Assembly (NCBI GenBank): GCA_033549025.1 | Contig: JAWSUS010000002.1 | Coordinates: 160,001 to 224,000 of the forward strand | DNA length: 64,000 bases | Source: Desulfuromonadales bacterium | GTDB taxonomy: Bacteria > Desulfobacterota > Desulfuromonadia > Desulfuromonadales > SZUA-540 | Direction of reading: 5' to 3' | Shown here: positions 1 through 11,758 of the stretch, piece after piece | Position numbering within the stretch: the stretch's first letter is position 1 | Layout of the letters: every line of letters begins with the position of its first letter | Program-made: the position numbers and the translations under genes | The notes under the pieces: generated by a model | What the model saw: only the letters and a program-made list of their open reading frames with translations | Databases searched by the model: none | Told to the model about the DNA's origin: nothing

Positions 1-893
1 AGAGCGGCCTCGAACCCGCCTGGTATCTGCGCGAGCGCTCGGAGGAGGAGATCCTGCCCTGGGACCACATCGACTGCGGCATCCCCAAGACCTTTTTCAG
101 ACAGGAGCGTCAACGGGCCCTGACGGGGACCTATACCCCCGACTGCCGCACAGGGCCCTGCAGCCAGTGCGGCGTCTGCGATTTCGACCAGCTGCGCATG
201 CGTCTGACCGCAACGACGGCAGCAGTCAAGGCCCTGGATACCGCGGCGGAATCACCGGTCAGCGAGGAGCGCTACAAGGTGCGCCTGCGGGTGCGCAAAG
301 AGGGCAAGGCCCGCTTCGTCGGCCATCTCGAATTCATGACCCTCTTTCACCGGGCGGTGCGCCGGGGGCACATTCCGGTCCGCTTCTCGGCCGGGTTCAG
401 CCCGCAGCCGCGCATCTCTTTTCCCGACGCGCTGCCGACGGGGGTCGAGAGCGACGCCGAGATTATTGACCTCGAGCTCTTTCAGCCCTGGACGGCCCAG
501 CAGGTCGTCAGCACCCTCAATGATCAACTGCCCGAAGGCTTCCGGGTGCTCGAAGGCGCCGGCCTGCCCTGGCAAACCCCTTCGCCCTCGGCCTGCATTC
601 GGGAAGTTATTTATCGCGTCGAATTACCGCCAGAGATCCCCGTCGAGCTGCCGGAACGCCTCGCCGCCTTTCTGGACGCGGCCGAAGTGCCCTACAGCAA
701 GGAAAAGGGTCGCCAGACCGTCACCGTCGACATGCGCCCCTGGGTTCTCGGTCTGGACCTGGCCGACGGCGCCCTGGTGCTGCACATGAAGCAAGGCAGC
801 CCCACCGCCCTGACCGCCCACCTGCTCGGCCTTTCGCCGGACCAGGTACGGGCGCTGCGCATCCGCAAGACGGCGACGGCTCTCGACCAGTAA
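1..893 (+). CDS. 3' part of a TIGR03960-type B12-binding radical SAM protein fused to a TIGR03936/DUF2344 radical-SAM-linked domain (5' end outside the window)
   Basis: The frame of ORF 198..893 is open back to position 3 (SGLEPAWYLRERSEEEILPWDHIDCG...TPDCRTGPCSQCGVC), the typical C-terminus of this radical SAM family. It continues into a DUF2344-like domain (ARFVGHLE, FSAGFSPQPRISF..ALPTGVES). It lies in the usual position upstream of rng. Confidence 0.8.
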   Translation, partial: SGLEPAWYLRERSEEEILPWDHIDCGIPKTFFRQERQRALTGTYTPDCRTGPCSQCGVCDFDQLRMRLTATTAAVKALDTAAESPVSEERYKVRLRVRKEGKARFVGHLEFMTLFHRAVRRGHIPVRFSAGFSPQPRISFPDALPTGVESDAEIIDLELFQPWTAQQVVSTLNDQLPEGFRVLEGAGLPWQTPSPSACIREVIYRVELPPEIPVELPERLAAFLDAAEVPYSKEKGRQTVTVDMRPWVLGLDLADGALVLHMKQGSPTALTAHLLGLSPDQVRALRIRKTATALDQ

Positions 894-943
894 CAACGCA
901 TTTTCAGAAATTTCATATAAACCTTTTTTGACAGGGAGGAACC

Positions 944-2455
944 ATGACCAAAGAGCTGGTCATCAACACCACCTCCCACGAAACCCGTGTCGCCCTGCTG
1001 GAAAGCGGGCACATCGCCGAACTCTATATTGAACGGAGTCGGGAACGGGGGATCGTGGGCAACATTTACCAGGGGAAGGTCATCCGGGTTCTGCCCGGTA
1101 TGCAGGCAGCCTTCGTCGACATCGGCCTGGAAAAGGCCGCTTTTCTCTATGTGGCCGACGTCCTCGATGAAATGGAAGCCGTCGAGCAGTTCGTCGAAGG
1201 GGCCAGCCAGCACGCCAAGCCCAGCGAAGGCGGGGACGACGATCGACCGCCGCTGCCCCCCATCGAAGACCTGCTGCAGGAAGGACAGATCATCCTGGCC
1301 CAGGTCGCCAAAGAGCCCATCGGCACCAAGGGCGCCCGCATCACCTCCCACATCTCGCTGCCGGGCCGCCACCTGGTCTACATGCCGACCGTCGATCACA
1401 TCGGCATCTCCCGCCGCATCGAGAATGAAGAGGAAAAGGATCGCCTTCGCCTCATCATCGAAAGCATCCGCCCCCAGGGCACCGGCTTCATCGTGCGCAC
1501 CGCCGCCGAAGGCAAGAGCGAGGAGGATCTGCGCGCCGACGTCGAGTTTCTGGTCGGCCTCTGGAAGGATATCGCCAAACGCAAGGAGAACAAAAAGGCG
1601 CCCTGCCTCATCCATTCGGATCTCGACGTCACCAGCAAGGTGCTGCGCGACATCCTGACCGAGGATGTACGCCGCATCGTGGTCGACAGCCAGGAAGAAC
1701 ATGACAAGATCGTCCGGTTTTTGCAGACCTTCATGCCCAAACTGAGTGTGGACATCGAGCTCTACGACCAGGACGAACCGATCTTCGACGCCTTCGGCCT
1801 GGAGGTGGAAATCGCCCGCGCTTTAGGACGCAAGGTGTGGCTCAAGAGCGGCGGCTACATCATCATCGAACAGACGGAAGCCCTCAACGCCATCGACGTC
1901 AATACCGGCCGCTTCGTGGGCAAGCACAACCTGGAGGACACCATCCTCAAGACCAACCTGGAGGCCGTCAAGGAGATCGCCTTTCAGCTGCGCCTGCGCA
2001 ACATCGGCGGCCTGATCATCATCGACTTCATCGACATGGAAAAGGAGCTGCACCGGGAGAAAGTCCATTCAGCCCTGGAAGAAGCGCTGAAGAACGACAA
2101 GAGCAAGACCAACATCCTGAAGATCTCCGAGCTGGGATTGGTGGAAATGACCCGCAAGCGCGTGCGTGAGAGCATTGGCCGCACCCTCTGCGAACCTTGC
2201 CCCTACTGCGAAGGCAAGGGTTACGTGAAAAGCCGCACCACCCTGGCCTACGAGGTCTTTCGGGAAATCCGCCGCGAAATCCGCGACCTGCCCGGCTACC
2301 GCCTGACCCTGCAGGTCCACCCGGACATCGCCGCCCTGCTCTACGACGAGGAACGGCACGGCATCGAGGAGTTGGAAAGACAGTTCGAAAAGCAGATCAG
2401 CATTACGGCGCGCCCGAACTTCCATATCGAGCAGTTCGATATCCTGGTTGGCTGA
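944..2455 (+). CDS. rng: Ribonuclease G (Rne/Rng family)
   Basis: S1 domain (GNIYQGKV..VLPGMQAAFVDIG), IDVNTG, LRLRNIGGLIIIDFIDM and a CPYC Zn-link. No long RNase E C-terminal tail. GGAGG RBS. Confidence 0.93.
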   Translation: MTKELVINTTSHETRVALLESGHIAELYIERSRERGIVGNIYQGKVIRVLPGMQAAFVDIGLEKAAFLYVADVLDEMEAVEQFVEGASQHAKPSEGGDDDRPPLPPIEDLLQEGQIILAQVAKEPIGTKGARITSHISLPGRHLVYMPTVDHIGISRRIENEEEKDRLRLIIESIRPQGTGFIVRTAAEGKSEEDLRADVEFLVGLWKDIAKRKENKKAPCLIHSDLDVTSKVLRDILTEDVRRIVVDSQEEHDKIVRFLQTFMPKLSVDIELYDQDEPIFDAFGLEVEIARALGRKVWLKSGGYIIIEQTEALNAIDVNTGRFVGKHNLEDTILKTNLEAVKEIAFQLRLRNIGGLIIIDFIDMEKELHREKVHSALEEALKNDKSKTNILKISELGLVEMTRKRVRESIGRTLCEPCPYCEGKGYVKSRTTLAYEVFREIRREIRDLPGYRLTLQVHPDIAALLYDEERHGIEELERQFEKQISITARPNFHIEQFDILVG

Positions 2456-2478
2456 GCTTCTGACACTTTTTTTATTCC

Positions 2479-2507
2479 TTGACAGACAGGTGAATTGGGC
2501 TTATAGT
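2479..2507 (+). promoter_or_regulatory. sigma70-type promoter for rplU-rpmA
   Basis: TTGACA(2479-84), 17 bp spacer, TATAGT(2502-07), about 50 bp upstream of the rplU ATG. Confidence 0.8.
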
Positions 2508-2556
2508 GCCGCGTTACCTATCTAAAAAGCACAGAGAGAGTGAGGTGAAACGCATT

Positions 2557-2865
2557 ATGTACGCGGTGATCAAAACCGGAGGGAAACAGTACAAAGTATC
2601 CGAAGGCGACCTGTTGAAGGTCGAAAAGCTGGAAGGCGCGGTGGGAGATTCCATCGAGCTGACCGAGGTCCTCATGGTTGGCGGAGAAGAGGTTAAAATC
2701 GGAGCACCTCTATTGCCTGGCGCGAAAGTCAAAGCGCGGATCGTCGAGCAGGATAAAGACAAGAAAGTTCTCGTCTTTCATTCCAAGCGGCGCAAAGGCT
2801 ATCGCAAGACCTATGGACACCGTCAGCCTATCACTCGCCTGAAAATTACAGGTATTGAGGCGTAA
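2557..2865 (+). CDS. rplU: 50S ribosomal protein L21
   Basis: [14 protein letters not shown]...[12 protein letters not shown]. Start set at ATG 2557 after a GAGGTG RBS. Confidence 0.98.
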   Translation: MYAVIKTGGKQYKVSEGDLLKVEKLEGAVGDSIELTEVLMVGGEEVKIGAPLLPGAKVKARIVEQDKDKKVLVFHSKRRKGYRKTYGHRQPITRLKITGIEA

Positions 2866-2876
2866 GGAGATTTACC

Positions 2877-3131
2877 ATGGCACACAAAAAAGGAGTTGGT
2901 AGCTCTCGTAACGGCCGCGACAGCGCTGGCAAACGTTTGGGCGTCAAGCGCTTTGGTGGTGAAGCCGTAACCTCCGGATCCATCCTGGTCCGGCAGCGCG
3001 GCACGACCTTCCACCCCGGCAACAACGTGGGCTGCGGCAAGGATTACACCCTTTACGCGCTGATCGACGGCAAAGTCAAGTTCGAGCGCAAAGGCAAAGA
3101 TCGCCAGAAAATCAGCGTCTACGCTGACTGA
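2877..3131 (+). CDS. rpmA: 50S ribosomal protein L27
   Basis: [24 protein letters not shown]...RQRGT. Confidence 0.98.
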   Translation: MAHKKGVGSSRNGRDSAGKRLGVKRFGGEAVTSGSILVRQRGTTFHPGNNVGCGKDYTLYALIDGKVKFERKGKDRQKISVYAD

Positions 3132-3158
3132 TCGTCCTGCCGACAGATCCAACCAAGG

Positions 3159-3197
3159 AAAAACCCGAGGTTCGCATTGAGAACTTCGGGTTTTTTT
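3159..3197 (+). terminator. Rho-independent terminator after rpmA
   Basis: AAAAACCCGAGGTTC-GCATTGA-GAACTTCGGG followed by T7. Confidence 0.8.
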
Positions 3198-3269
3198 ATG
3201 GTAAAAATGGAGACGAAAAGCGCGCCCGCCAAATTGCGGCTGGCGCTTTTGCTTTTGGTCTCCAACTGA

Positions 3270-4331
<1,062 letters not shown>

Positions 4332-4406
4332 CAGCCTTTCGGGCGGCGGCTATGATGGCCTTTCGTTTTTCGTCCTGATTTCAAACACTTTACGCGCATA
4401 TCTACC

Positions 4407-5525
4407 ATGATCAAGAATCTGCTTTCCCACGTGCGACGGGTCGTCATCAAGATCGGCAGCGGCGTCATCTCCAGCGAGGAAGGCCTCGACCCCGCCGTTA
4501 TCGCCAATCTGACCGACGAGGTCGGCCACCTGCTCGACCGCGGCTTTGAAGTCATCCTCGTCTCCTCCGGAGCCGTGGCGGCAGGCAAGGGCGCCCTCGG
4601 CATCAGCGGCCGTCCCCAGACCATTCCCCTGAAGCAGGCCGCCGCCGCCATCGGCCAGACTCGCCTGATGCGCTGCTACAAGGACGCTTTTCTCGAACAG
4701 GGGCGAACGGTCGCCCAGGTCCTGCTTACCCGTGACGACCTAGCCAACCGCCGCCGCTACCTGAATGCCCGCAATACCCTGATGACCCTGCTCGACCACC
4801 GCATCATCCCCATCATCAACGAAAACGATACGGTCGTGGTCGAAGAAATCCGCTTTGGCGACAACGACAACCTCTCCGCCATGGTCACCAACCTGGTGGA
4901 AGCCAACCTGCTGGTCATCCTCTCCGACGTCAATGGCCTGCACGACCGGGACCCGCGCAAGGACCCCAAAGCCCAGCTGATCCCCGTGGTCGAGCGCATC
5001 ACGCCCGAGATCGAGGAGATGGCCGGCGGCAGCGGCACCCTGGGTACCGGCGGCATGGGCACCAAACTCAAGGCCGCCAAACGCGCCACCCTCTACGGTG
5101 TCGGCACCGCTATCATCAATGGCACGGTCCCCGGCAACCTGCGTCGCCTCTTTGACGGCGAAGAGGTCGGTACCTATTTTCTGCCCGCCCGCAACCGCAT
5201 GGCGGCCAAAAAACACTGGATCGCCTTTACCAAGAAGCCGCGCGGCAAACTCTTCCTCGACGAAGGGGCCGTCAAAGCCCTGCTCGAAGGGCACAAGAGC
5301 CTGCTTCCTTCCGGGATCAAGGGCGTGGAAGGGGGCTTCGACCGCGGCGACGCCGTGCGCCTCTACACCCTGGCGGGCGAGGAACTGGGCAAAGGGGTCA
5401 CCAACTACTCCCTGGCCGAACTCCTCCCCATCATGGGAAAGAAGTCGACGGAAATCGAAAAAATTCTCGGCTATAAATATGGCGACGAGATCATCCACCG
5501 GGACAACCTCGTTCTCAACGGCTGA
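4407..5525 (+). CDS. proB: Glutamate 5-kinase with PUA domain
   Basis: VIKIGS, VSSGAVAAG, INENDTV, FGDNDNLSA, GTGGMGTK and a C-terminal PUA domain. Confidence 0.96.
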   Translation: MIKNLLSHVRRVVIKIGSGVISSEEGLDPAVIANLTDEVGHLLDRGFEVILVSSGAVAAGKGALGISGRPQTIPLKQAAAAIGQTRLMRCYKDAFLEQGRTVAQVLLTRDDLANRRRYLNARNTLMTLLDHRIIPIINENDTVVVEEIRFGDNDNLSAMVTNLVEANLLVILSDVNGLHDRDPRKDPKAQLIPVVERITPEIEEMAGGSGTLGTGGMGTKLKAAKRATLYGVGTAIINGTVPGNLRRLFDGEEVGTYFLPARNRMAAKKHWIAFTKKPRGKLFLDEGAVKALLEGHKSLLPSGIKGVEGGFDRGDAVRLYTLAGEELGKGVTNYSLAELLPIMGKKSTEIEKILGYKYGDEIIHRDNLVLNG

Positions 5526-5601
5526 TTGCGGCCAGTGGATATTGACCCTGGTTCAACAGCCACCGGCGCCGGCAGGTGGCAGTTAAGACAAGGAGACAAC
5601 G

Positions 5602-6858
5602 ATGAATTTGGCAGAGCAGATGGTTCAACTGGCCCGCGCATCCAAAGAGGCCGGGCGCGTCCTGGCGCGACTCTCCTCGGCGGTAAAAGACGACCTCCTG
5701 CGGCAGATGGCCGACGCCCTGGAACACAACGCCCAGGTTCTGATTTCCGCCAACGAGAAGGATCTTGCCGCAGCCCGCGACAAGGGGATGGCGCCAGCCA
5801 TGGTCGACCGGCTGGTGCTGGATGAAAAACGCATCGGCGCCATGGCCGACGGCCTGCGCGAAGTGGCGGCGTTGCCCGATCCCGTCGGGGAGATCACCGG
5901 CATGTGGCGGCGCCCTAACGGCATCCAGGTCGGCCGCATGCGCATCCCCCTAGGCGTCATCGGCATCATCTACGAATCGCGCCCCAATGTCACGGCCGAC
6001 GCCGCCGGTCTCTGCCTGAAGAGCGGCAATGCCGTCATCCTGCGCGGCGGTTCCGAAGCAATTCACTCCAACACGGCCATCGGCGACATCCTGCGCCAGC
6101 AGCTGGAAAAGCTGGGTCTTCCCAAGGCCGCCCTGCAGGTCGTCCCCGTGACCGACAGGAACGCGGTGCTCGAACTGCTCAAGCTCGAAGAGGAGATCGA
6201 CCTGATCATCCCCCGCGGTGGCGAAGGGCTCATCCGCTTTGTCAGCGAGAATTCCCGCATTCCGGTCATCAAGCACTACAAGGGGGTCTGCCACACCTTT
6301 ATCGACGCCAGTGCCGATTTCGACATGGCCGAGAAGATCTGCGTCAACGCCAAGGTACAGCGCCCCGGCGTCTGCAACGCCATGGAGACCCTGCTCATCC
6401 ACAAGGACATCGCCGAAACCTTCGTCCCGCAGATTGCCGCCGTCATGCGCAGCCACGGCGTCGAACTGCGCGGCTGCCCCCTCACCCGTTCGTTTGCTCC
6501 CCAGATCAAGGCGGCGACGGAGGAGGACTGGTCGGCGGAGTTTCTCGATCTCATTCTGGCTGTACGCGTGGTTGAAGATATTGAGGAGGCCATCGCCCAT
6601 ATCCAGCGCTACGGCTCCCTGCACACCGAGACCATCGTCACCCGCGACTACGAGAATTCCCAGCGCTTTCTGCGCGAAGTCAATTCCAGCGTGGTCATGG
6701 TCAACGCCTCCTCCCGCTTCTCCGACGGCAACCAGCTGGGACTCGGGGCGGAAATCGGCATCTCCACCACCAAACTGCACTCGTTCGGGCCCATGGGGCT
6801 GGAAGATCTGACCACCCGGAAATTCGTCGTACTCGGTGACGGGCAGGTCAGGGCATAG
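5602..6858 (+). CDS. proA: Gamma-glutamyl phosphate reductase
   Basis: [44 protein letters not shown]. Confidence 0.97.
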   Translation: MNLAEQMVQLARASKEAGRVLARLSSAVKDDLLRQMADALEHNAQVLISANEKDLAAARDKGMAPAMVDRLVLDEKRIGAMADGLREVAALPDPVGEITGMWRRPNGIQVGRMRIPLGVIGIIYESRPNVTADAAGLCLKSGNAVILRGGSEAIHSNTAIGDILRQQLEKLGLPKAALQVVPVTDRNAVLELLKLEEEIDLIIPRGGEGLIRFVSENSRIPVIKHYKGVCHTFIDASADFDMAEKICVNAKVQRPGVCNAMETLLIHKDIAETFVPQIAAVMRSHGVELRGCPLTRSFAPQIKAATEEDWSAEFLDLILAVRVVEDIEEAIAHIQRYGSLHTETIVTRDYENSQRFLREVNSSVVMVNASSRFSDGNQLGLGAEIGISTTKLHSFGPMGLEDLTTRKFVVLGDGQVRA

Positions 6859-6884
6859 GACGGGCGACCCAAGGTGAAGGCGCT

Positions 6885-7529
6885 ATGAAAACCGGCATTT
6901 TAGGGGGAACGTTCAACCCGATTCATTACGCCCACCTGCGCATCGCCGAAGAGGTGCGGGAGGTCTGCGGCCTCGACCGCATCCTGTTTCTTCCCGCCGC
7001 CACCCCGCCCCACAAGGAGGTGGCGGCCAACATCGCCTTTGCCCATCGTCTGGCCATGGTACAGGCCGCCATCGCCGACAATCCCTTTTTCGAGGCTTCC
7101 GATCTCGAGAACCGGCGGCCCGGCAAGAGCTACTCGGTCCACACCCTGGAGATTCTTCGCGAGGAAAACCCCGGCGATGACTTCTATTTCATCATCGGCA
7201 TGGATTCTTTTCGCGACCTCTCCACCTGGAAAGAATATGACCGCCTCTTCGCGCTCGCCCACCTCGTGGTTGCCAGCCGACCGGGCATTGCCTGCACCGA
7301 TCCCGCCAGCCTGCTTCCCGTTGCCATCCGGGGGGACTTCTGTTATCATGACTCCTCCCAAAACCTGAGGCATCGCAGCGGAAATCACGTCATTTTTCTG
7401 GAAGAGACGTTTTTGGACATCTCCTCCACCGACATCCGTCACCTGATCGCCAACAGACGCTCTATCCGCTACCTCCTTCCCCCCGCGGCGGAAGAATATA
7501 TCTTCAAAAAACGCCTCTACCAAGGCTGA
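6885..7529 (+). CDS. nadD: Nicotinate-nucleotide adenylyltransferase
   Basis: GGTFNPIHYAH (HxxH motif), IIGMDS, ISSTDIR. Confidence 0.95.
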   Translation: MKTGILGGTFNPIHYAHLRIAEEVREVCGLDRILFLPAATPPHKEVAANIAFAHRLAMVQAAIADNPFFEASDLENRRPGKSYSVHTLEILREENPGDDFYFIIGMDSFRDLSTWKEYDRLFALAHLVVASRPGIACTDPASLLPVAIRGDFCYHDSSQNLRHRSGNHVIFLEETFLDISSTDIRHLIANRRSIRYLLPPAAEEYIFKKRLYQG

Positions 7530-7546
7530 GAAAGGTTTTCTGACTT

Positions 7547-7927
7547 TTGCAATCCAAAGACCGCGCTATACTGTGTGCAGCCTACGCACTGGAAAAAAAG
7601 GCCGTCAACGTCCGGATTCTCGAAGTGCAGGGGATTTCCTCCCTGACGGATTATCTGGTCATCGCATCCGGTTCGTCCGACCGCCAGGTACAGGCCATCG
7701 CCGAATCGGTACACCTCGGCCTGAAAAAGGAGCATGCCACCCTGCCTCTCGGCGTGGAAGGAATGAACGAAGGCCGCTGGGTTCTGATCGATTACGGCGA
7801 TGTCATGGTGCACGTCTTTCAGGAAAACGTCCGGGAGTTTTACGATCTGGACGGCCTGTGGTCGGAAGCCGCTGAAATCGACATCCCTGAGAAGTACCAC
7901 TGGGAGCGCAAGGCCAAGAGCCTGTGA
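7547..7927 (+). CDS. rsfS: Ribosome silencing factor (Iojap)
   Basis: DYLVIASGSSDRQV, WVLIDYGDVMVHVF..R.FYDLDGLW. TTG start. Confidence 0.93.
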   Translation: MQSKDRAILCAAYALEKKAVNVRILEVQGISSLTDYLVIASGSSDRQVQAIAESVHLGLKKEHATLPLGVEGMNEGRWVLIDYGDVMVHVFQENVREFYDLDGLWSEAAEIDIPEKYHWERKAKSL

Positions 7928-8397
7928 AACTTCACCTGGTTTGCGTTGGCCGACTGTCCGAATCCTACTTGCGCGATGCCGCCGAGGATTTCAGCCGTCG
8001 CGTCCAACGCTACCTTCCTCTGACGGTCACCGAACTCAAGGAGGAAAAAGGGGGAAAGAAGGCGGACCCCGGTTTTTTCCGGGAGCGGGAAGGGGAACGG
8101 CTGCTGGCCCGAATACCCGATGAAGCCTTCGTGATTGCCCTGGATGAAAAAGGGAAGATGCGCAGCTCGGAAGAGTTGGCGGATTTTCTCGGACAGCATA
8201 TGGTGCAGGGGACCGGAGAGCTGGCCTTTGTCATCGGCGGGGCCTACGGTCTAAGTGACGCCGTCCGGCAAAGAGCGAACCTGGTGCTGTCCCTCTCGCC
8301 CCTGACCTTTACGCACCAGATGGCCCGGGTTATTCTGCTCGAACAGATCTACCGCGGCATGACTATTTTGCGTAACGAGCCGTATCACAATCGTTAA
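7924..8397 (+). CDS. rlmH: 23S rRNA (pseudouridine1915-N3)-methyltransferase
   Basis: SPOUT motifs FVIGGAYG and TFTHQMARVILLEQIYR...PYHN. Confidence 0.95.
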   Translation: MKLHLVCVGRLSESYLRDAAEDFSRRVQRYLPLTVTELKEEKGGKKADPGFFREREGERLLARIPDEAFVIALDEKGKMRSSEELADFLGQHMVQGTGELAFVIGGAYGLSDAVRQRANLVLSLSPLTFTHQMARVILLEQIYRGMTILRNEPYHNR

Positions 8398-8425
8398 TCC
8401 GATCTTGTCACAGGAGAGCCGGACC

Positions 8426-8779
8426 ATGGATCAACAGGAACAGGACCGCATCGAAAAGCTGTTGCTCGATCTTCGCCGCAGCGTCATACGCGAAGTCAGC
8501 GAAGCCAATGCGGCTTCCCAGGAACTGGGCACCGACGGTGTTCCCGACATCGGGGATGCGGCCGCCAACAGCTATCACCGGGACGTCCTGATGAATCTCA
8601 ATGAAGCCCAACGCCAGAAGCTGCGCGACATCGACGCCGCCCTGGATCGACTGGCCGACGGCGAATATGGCATCTGCGCCCGCTGCGAAGAGGAAATCGA
8701 CCCCCGCCGTCTGCTCGTACGTCCTTTTTCACGCTATTGCATTGAATGCAAATCGGATATTGAAAAATTCGGAGAATAG
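8426..8779 (+). CDS. DksA/TraR family C4 zinc-finger protein
   Basis: Coiled coil with DIGDAA (DxxDxA tip) and YGICARC..EI..RL...P...CIEC. ATG 8426 follows an AGGAG RBS. Confidence 0.88.
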   Translation: MDQQEQDRIEKLLLDLRRSVIREVSEANAASQELGTDGVPDIGDAAANSYHRDVLMNLNEAQRQKLRDIDAALDRLADGEYGICARCEEEIDPRRLLVRPFSRYCIECKSDIEKFGE

Positions 8780-8827
8780 TCCGTCCAACCCTTGGAGACC
8801 CTTCGGGACCCAGCCCAGGAGAAGAAC

Positions 8828-10207
8828 ATGACTCTCATGGCCTTTCTGTTGCTTATCATCCTGTTCCTTGTCTTTTTCATCTATTTCCTGGGCCTTAATC
8901 CTCAGGACATCACCCTCTTTTTCCTGCCTGACCAGCCACTGACCTATCCGGTGGCCATTGTTGTGGTAGGAGCCGTCCTGCTCGGCCTTGTCCTGGGGTA
9001 CGGCGCTTATATCTACAGCACCTTTTCCGGCTTTTTTCGCACCTGGCGCAAGGATCGCGCCGAGAAAAAAACCAAGGAAGTCACCTCCCTCTATCGTGAA
9101 GGGGTAGGGCGTCTTCTCTCCGGCGACATCAAAAAGGCCCACACGCTGCTCCAGAAAACCCTCGACCGGGATCCGGCCCGCGTGGATACCTATATCGCTT
9201 TGGCCAGTGTCTATATTCAGGAAAGCGAGCCTCGCGAAGCGATCAACCTGCTGCTGAAAGCCAAAAATATTGATCCGAGAAACCTCGAGATCTTTTTCAA
9301 AATGGCGACGACCTACGAAGAAATGGGCCTTCTCGACGACGCCGCGCTGGCCTATCAGGAGATCATCACCCTGGAGAGCGACAACCGCAAGGCGCTCAGA
9401 GCCCTGCGTGACATCCATCTCAACAGTCAGCGCTGGCCGGAGGCCCTGGAACTGCAGAAACGGCTGCTGAAGGTGGGGGTCAGCAAAAATCGACAGGCGG
9501 ACGAAAAAACCAAGCTTCTGTTTATCCGCTATGAAGTGGCCGCGCAGGCTATTGCCGCCGGCAAGGGCGCCGAGGCGAAGGACACGCTCAAAGATATCAT
9601 CAAACAGGACTCCGGCTTCACGCCGGCCCGGGTTTCCCTGGGTGACATCTACCAGGCTGAGAACAAAGCCGAAGAGGCCGCCCGTATCTGGCAGGAGGGC
9701 TATAAGGCGCTATCCAAAAGCATTTTCCTGTCGCGCCTGGAAGAGCTTTATATGGGCGAAGAAGATCCATCCACCCTGCTGGCCTTCTATCGCTCGGCGA
9801 TTGTGGAAAAACCGCAGGACCTTCTGCTCCGGCTCTTTTTCGGCCGCCTCTGCCTGCGCCTTGAAATGGTCGATGAAGCCCTGGAAAACCTCTATGCCGT
9901 TGAAAGCTCGGGGATTGAATTTCCCCAGCTGCACAGCCTGCTTGCCGAGGCTCATCGCCGCCGCAACCGGTTTGACGATGCCATTCGTGAGTATCAGAAA
10001 GCTCTCGGGATCAACGCCCATCTCAACTTCGGCTATGTGTGCGAAGAGTGCGGAGAAGAAGAAGCGAACTGGAAGAGCCGCTGCGCCCATTGCGGTACCT
10101 GGGGCAGTTTTGCCTTGCCTAACCGCTCCTTGATCACCGGGGCCCGCCCCCTGGAAGTGCGGGAAATCCATCATGGGGAGAGAGAGGCATGGCAGGAAGA
10201 GGACTAA
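8828..10207 (+). CDS. LapA(DUF1049)-like membrane domain fused to a LapB(YciM)-like TPR/rubredoxin protein
   Basis: Two N-terminal TM segments with an N.Q.IT....P loop, multiple TPR-like helices, and C-terminal YVCEECG...[11 protein letters not shown]. Confidence 0.75.
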   Translation: MTLMAFLLLIILFLVFFIYFLGLNPQDITLFFLPDQPLTYPVAIVVVGAVLLGLVLGYGAYIYSTFSGFFRTWRKDRAEKKTKEVTSLYREGVGRLLSGDIKKAHTLLQKTLDRDPARVDTYIALASVYIQESEPREAINLLLKAKNIDPRNLEIFFKMATTYEEMGLLDDAALAYQEIITLESDNRKALRALRDIHLNSQRWPEALELQKRLLKVGVSKNRQADEKTKLLFIRYEVAAQAIAAGKGAEAKDTLKDIIKQDSGFTPARVSLGDIYQAENKAEEAARIWQEGYKALSKSIFLSRLEELYMGEEDPSTLLAFYRSAIVEKPQDLLLRLFFGRLCLRLEMVDEALENLYAVESSGIEFPQLHSLLAEAHRRRNRFDDAIREYQKALGINAHLNFGYVCEECGEEEANWKSRCAHCGTWGSFALPNRSLITGARPLEVREIHHGEREAWQEED

Positions 10208-11742
10208 AAAGACCGGTCGCCCTGGTTATTCTCGACGGCTGGGGCATCAACGACACCTGCGCCAACAACGCTGTCTGCCAAGCCAAAAAGCCTGTCCTTG
10301 ACGACCTGTTCAGCCGCTATCCTTCCACCCGGCTGAATGCCTCGGGGCTCGCCGTCGGCCTGCCCGAGGGCCAGATGGGCAACTCGGAGGTCGGCCATCT
10401 CAATATTGGCGCCGGCCGCATTGTCTATCAGGATCTCACCCGTATCAGCAAAAGCATCCGCGAGGGGGATTTTTTCCAGAATCCCGTGCTTCGGCAGGCG
10501 ATGGAAAAGGTCAAAGATAGCGGGGGTACGCTCCATCTCATGGGACTGCTCTCCGATGGCGGCGTCCACTCGCACAACACCCATCTCTATGCCCTGGTGC
10601 GCCTGGCCAAGACCTTCGGCCTTTCCCAGGTCTGCATCCATGCCTTTCTAGACGGTCGCGACACCCCCCCCAAAAGCGGCGCCGGATACCTGCAGGCTCT
10701 GGAAGAGGAGCTGGCAGCCATCGGGATGGGACGGGTTGCGACCGTCAGCGGCCGCTTCTGGGCCATGGACCGCGATAACCGCTGGGACCGGGTCGAGAAA
10801 GCCTACCGTGCCCTTGCCCTCGGCGAGGGGACGCGCTCCGAGTCGAGCGCCAAAGCCATCGAAGAGGCCTATGCGGCCGGGCAGACGGATGAATTTGTCG
10901 AGCCCCACGTCATCGCGCCAGCCGACCTGACCGCCGGCACCATAGACGATGGCGACGGCATCATCTTCTTCAACTTCCGCGCCGACCGCGCCCGTGAAAT
11001 TACCCGTGTTTTTACGGGCCCGGAATTTTCCGGCTTCATCCGTCCCAAAACGCCTGAACTCAGCGCCTTTGTCTGCATGACCGAGTACGACGAGACCTTT
11101 GGCCTGCCCGTCGCCTTTCCGCCCGAAACCTATCCCAACCTGCTGGGCGAAGTGATTTCCAAAGCCGGCCTAACCCAGCTGCGCATCGCGGAAACGGAAA
11201 AATACGCGCATGTCACCTTCTTCTTCAACGGGGGCAGCGAAACGCCTTTCCCTGGGGAAGATCGCGTTCTCATTCCCTCGCCCAAAGATGTGGCTACCTA
11301 CGACCTGAAACCCGCCATGAGCGCCCCGGCTGTCACCGCCGAGGTCGTCGATCGCGTCATGTCCGGCAAATATGACTTCATTGTTCTCAATTTTGCCAAC
11401 CCTGACATGGTCGGTCACACCGGCAATCTCGAAGCTGCTACCACCGCCATGGAAACGGTCGATGCCTGCCTTGGCCAGGTGGTGGAGACCGTTCTTGCCG
11501 CCGGCGGCTCTCTGCTGATCACGGCCGATCACGGCAATTGCGAGCAAATGACCGACGGCAGCGGGCAGCCCCACACGGCCCACACCGCCAATCCCGTCCC
11601 TCTGCTGCTGATCGACCCCGAGCTGTCCGGGGCAACCCTGCAAGAAGGCATCCTGGCCGACCTGGCTCCCACAATCCTTTCACTCATGAAACTTGAAACG
11701 CCTGAGGAAATGACGGGGAAGAGCCTGCTGGTCAAGGCCTGA
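10189..11742 (+). CDS. gpmI: 2,3-bisphosphoglycerate-independent phosphoglycerate mutase
   Basis: [43 protein letters not shown]. Confidence 0.97.
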   Translation: MAGRGLKRPVALVILDGWGINDTCANNAVCQAKKPVLDDLFSRYPSTRLNASGLAVGLPEGQMGNSEVGHLNIGAGRIVYQDLTRISKSIREGDFFQNPVLRQAMEKVKDSGGTLHLMGLLSDGGVHSHNTHLYALVRLAKTFGLSQVCIHAFLDGRDTPPKSGAGYLQALEEELAAIGMGRVATVSGRFWAMDRDNRWDRVEKAYRALALGEGTRSESSAKAIEEAYAAGQTDEFVEPHVIAPADLTAGTIDDGDGIIFFNFRADRAREITRVFTGPEFSGFIRPKTPELSAFVCMTEYDETFGLPVAFPPETYPNLLGEVISKAGLTQLRIAETEKYAHVTFFFNGGSETPFPGEDRVLIPSPKDVATYDLKPAMSAPAVTAEVVDRVMSGKYDFIVLNFANPDMVGHTGNLEAATTAMETVDACLGQVVETVLAAGGSLLITADHGNCEQMTDGSGQPHTAHTANPVPLLLIDPELSGATLQEGILADLAPTILSLMKLETPEEMTGKSLLVKA

Positions 11743-11758
11743 AAAAAATCGGAACCCT

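Noticed and set aside
198..893. Stand-alone 231-aa gene as given in the ORF track
   Set aside because: The frame is open from the window start and encodes a radical SAM C-terminus, so this is the tail of a longer fusion gene.
2506..2556. 17-aa N-terminal extension of L21 in the ORF track
   Set aside because: It overlaps the -10 element, and the canonical MYAVIKTGG start has its own RBS at 2557.
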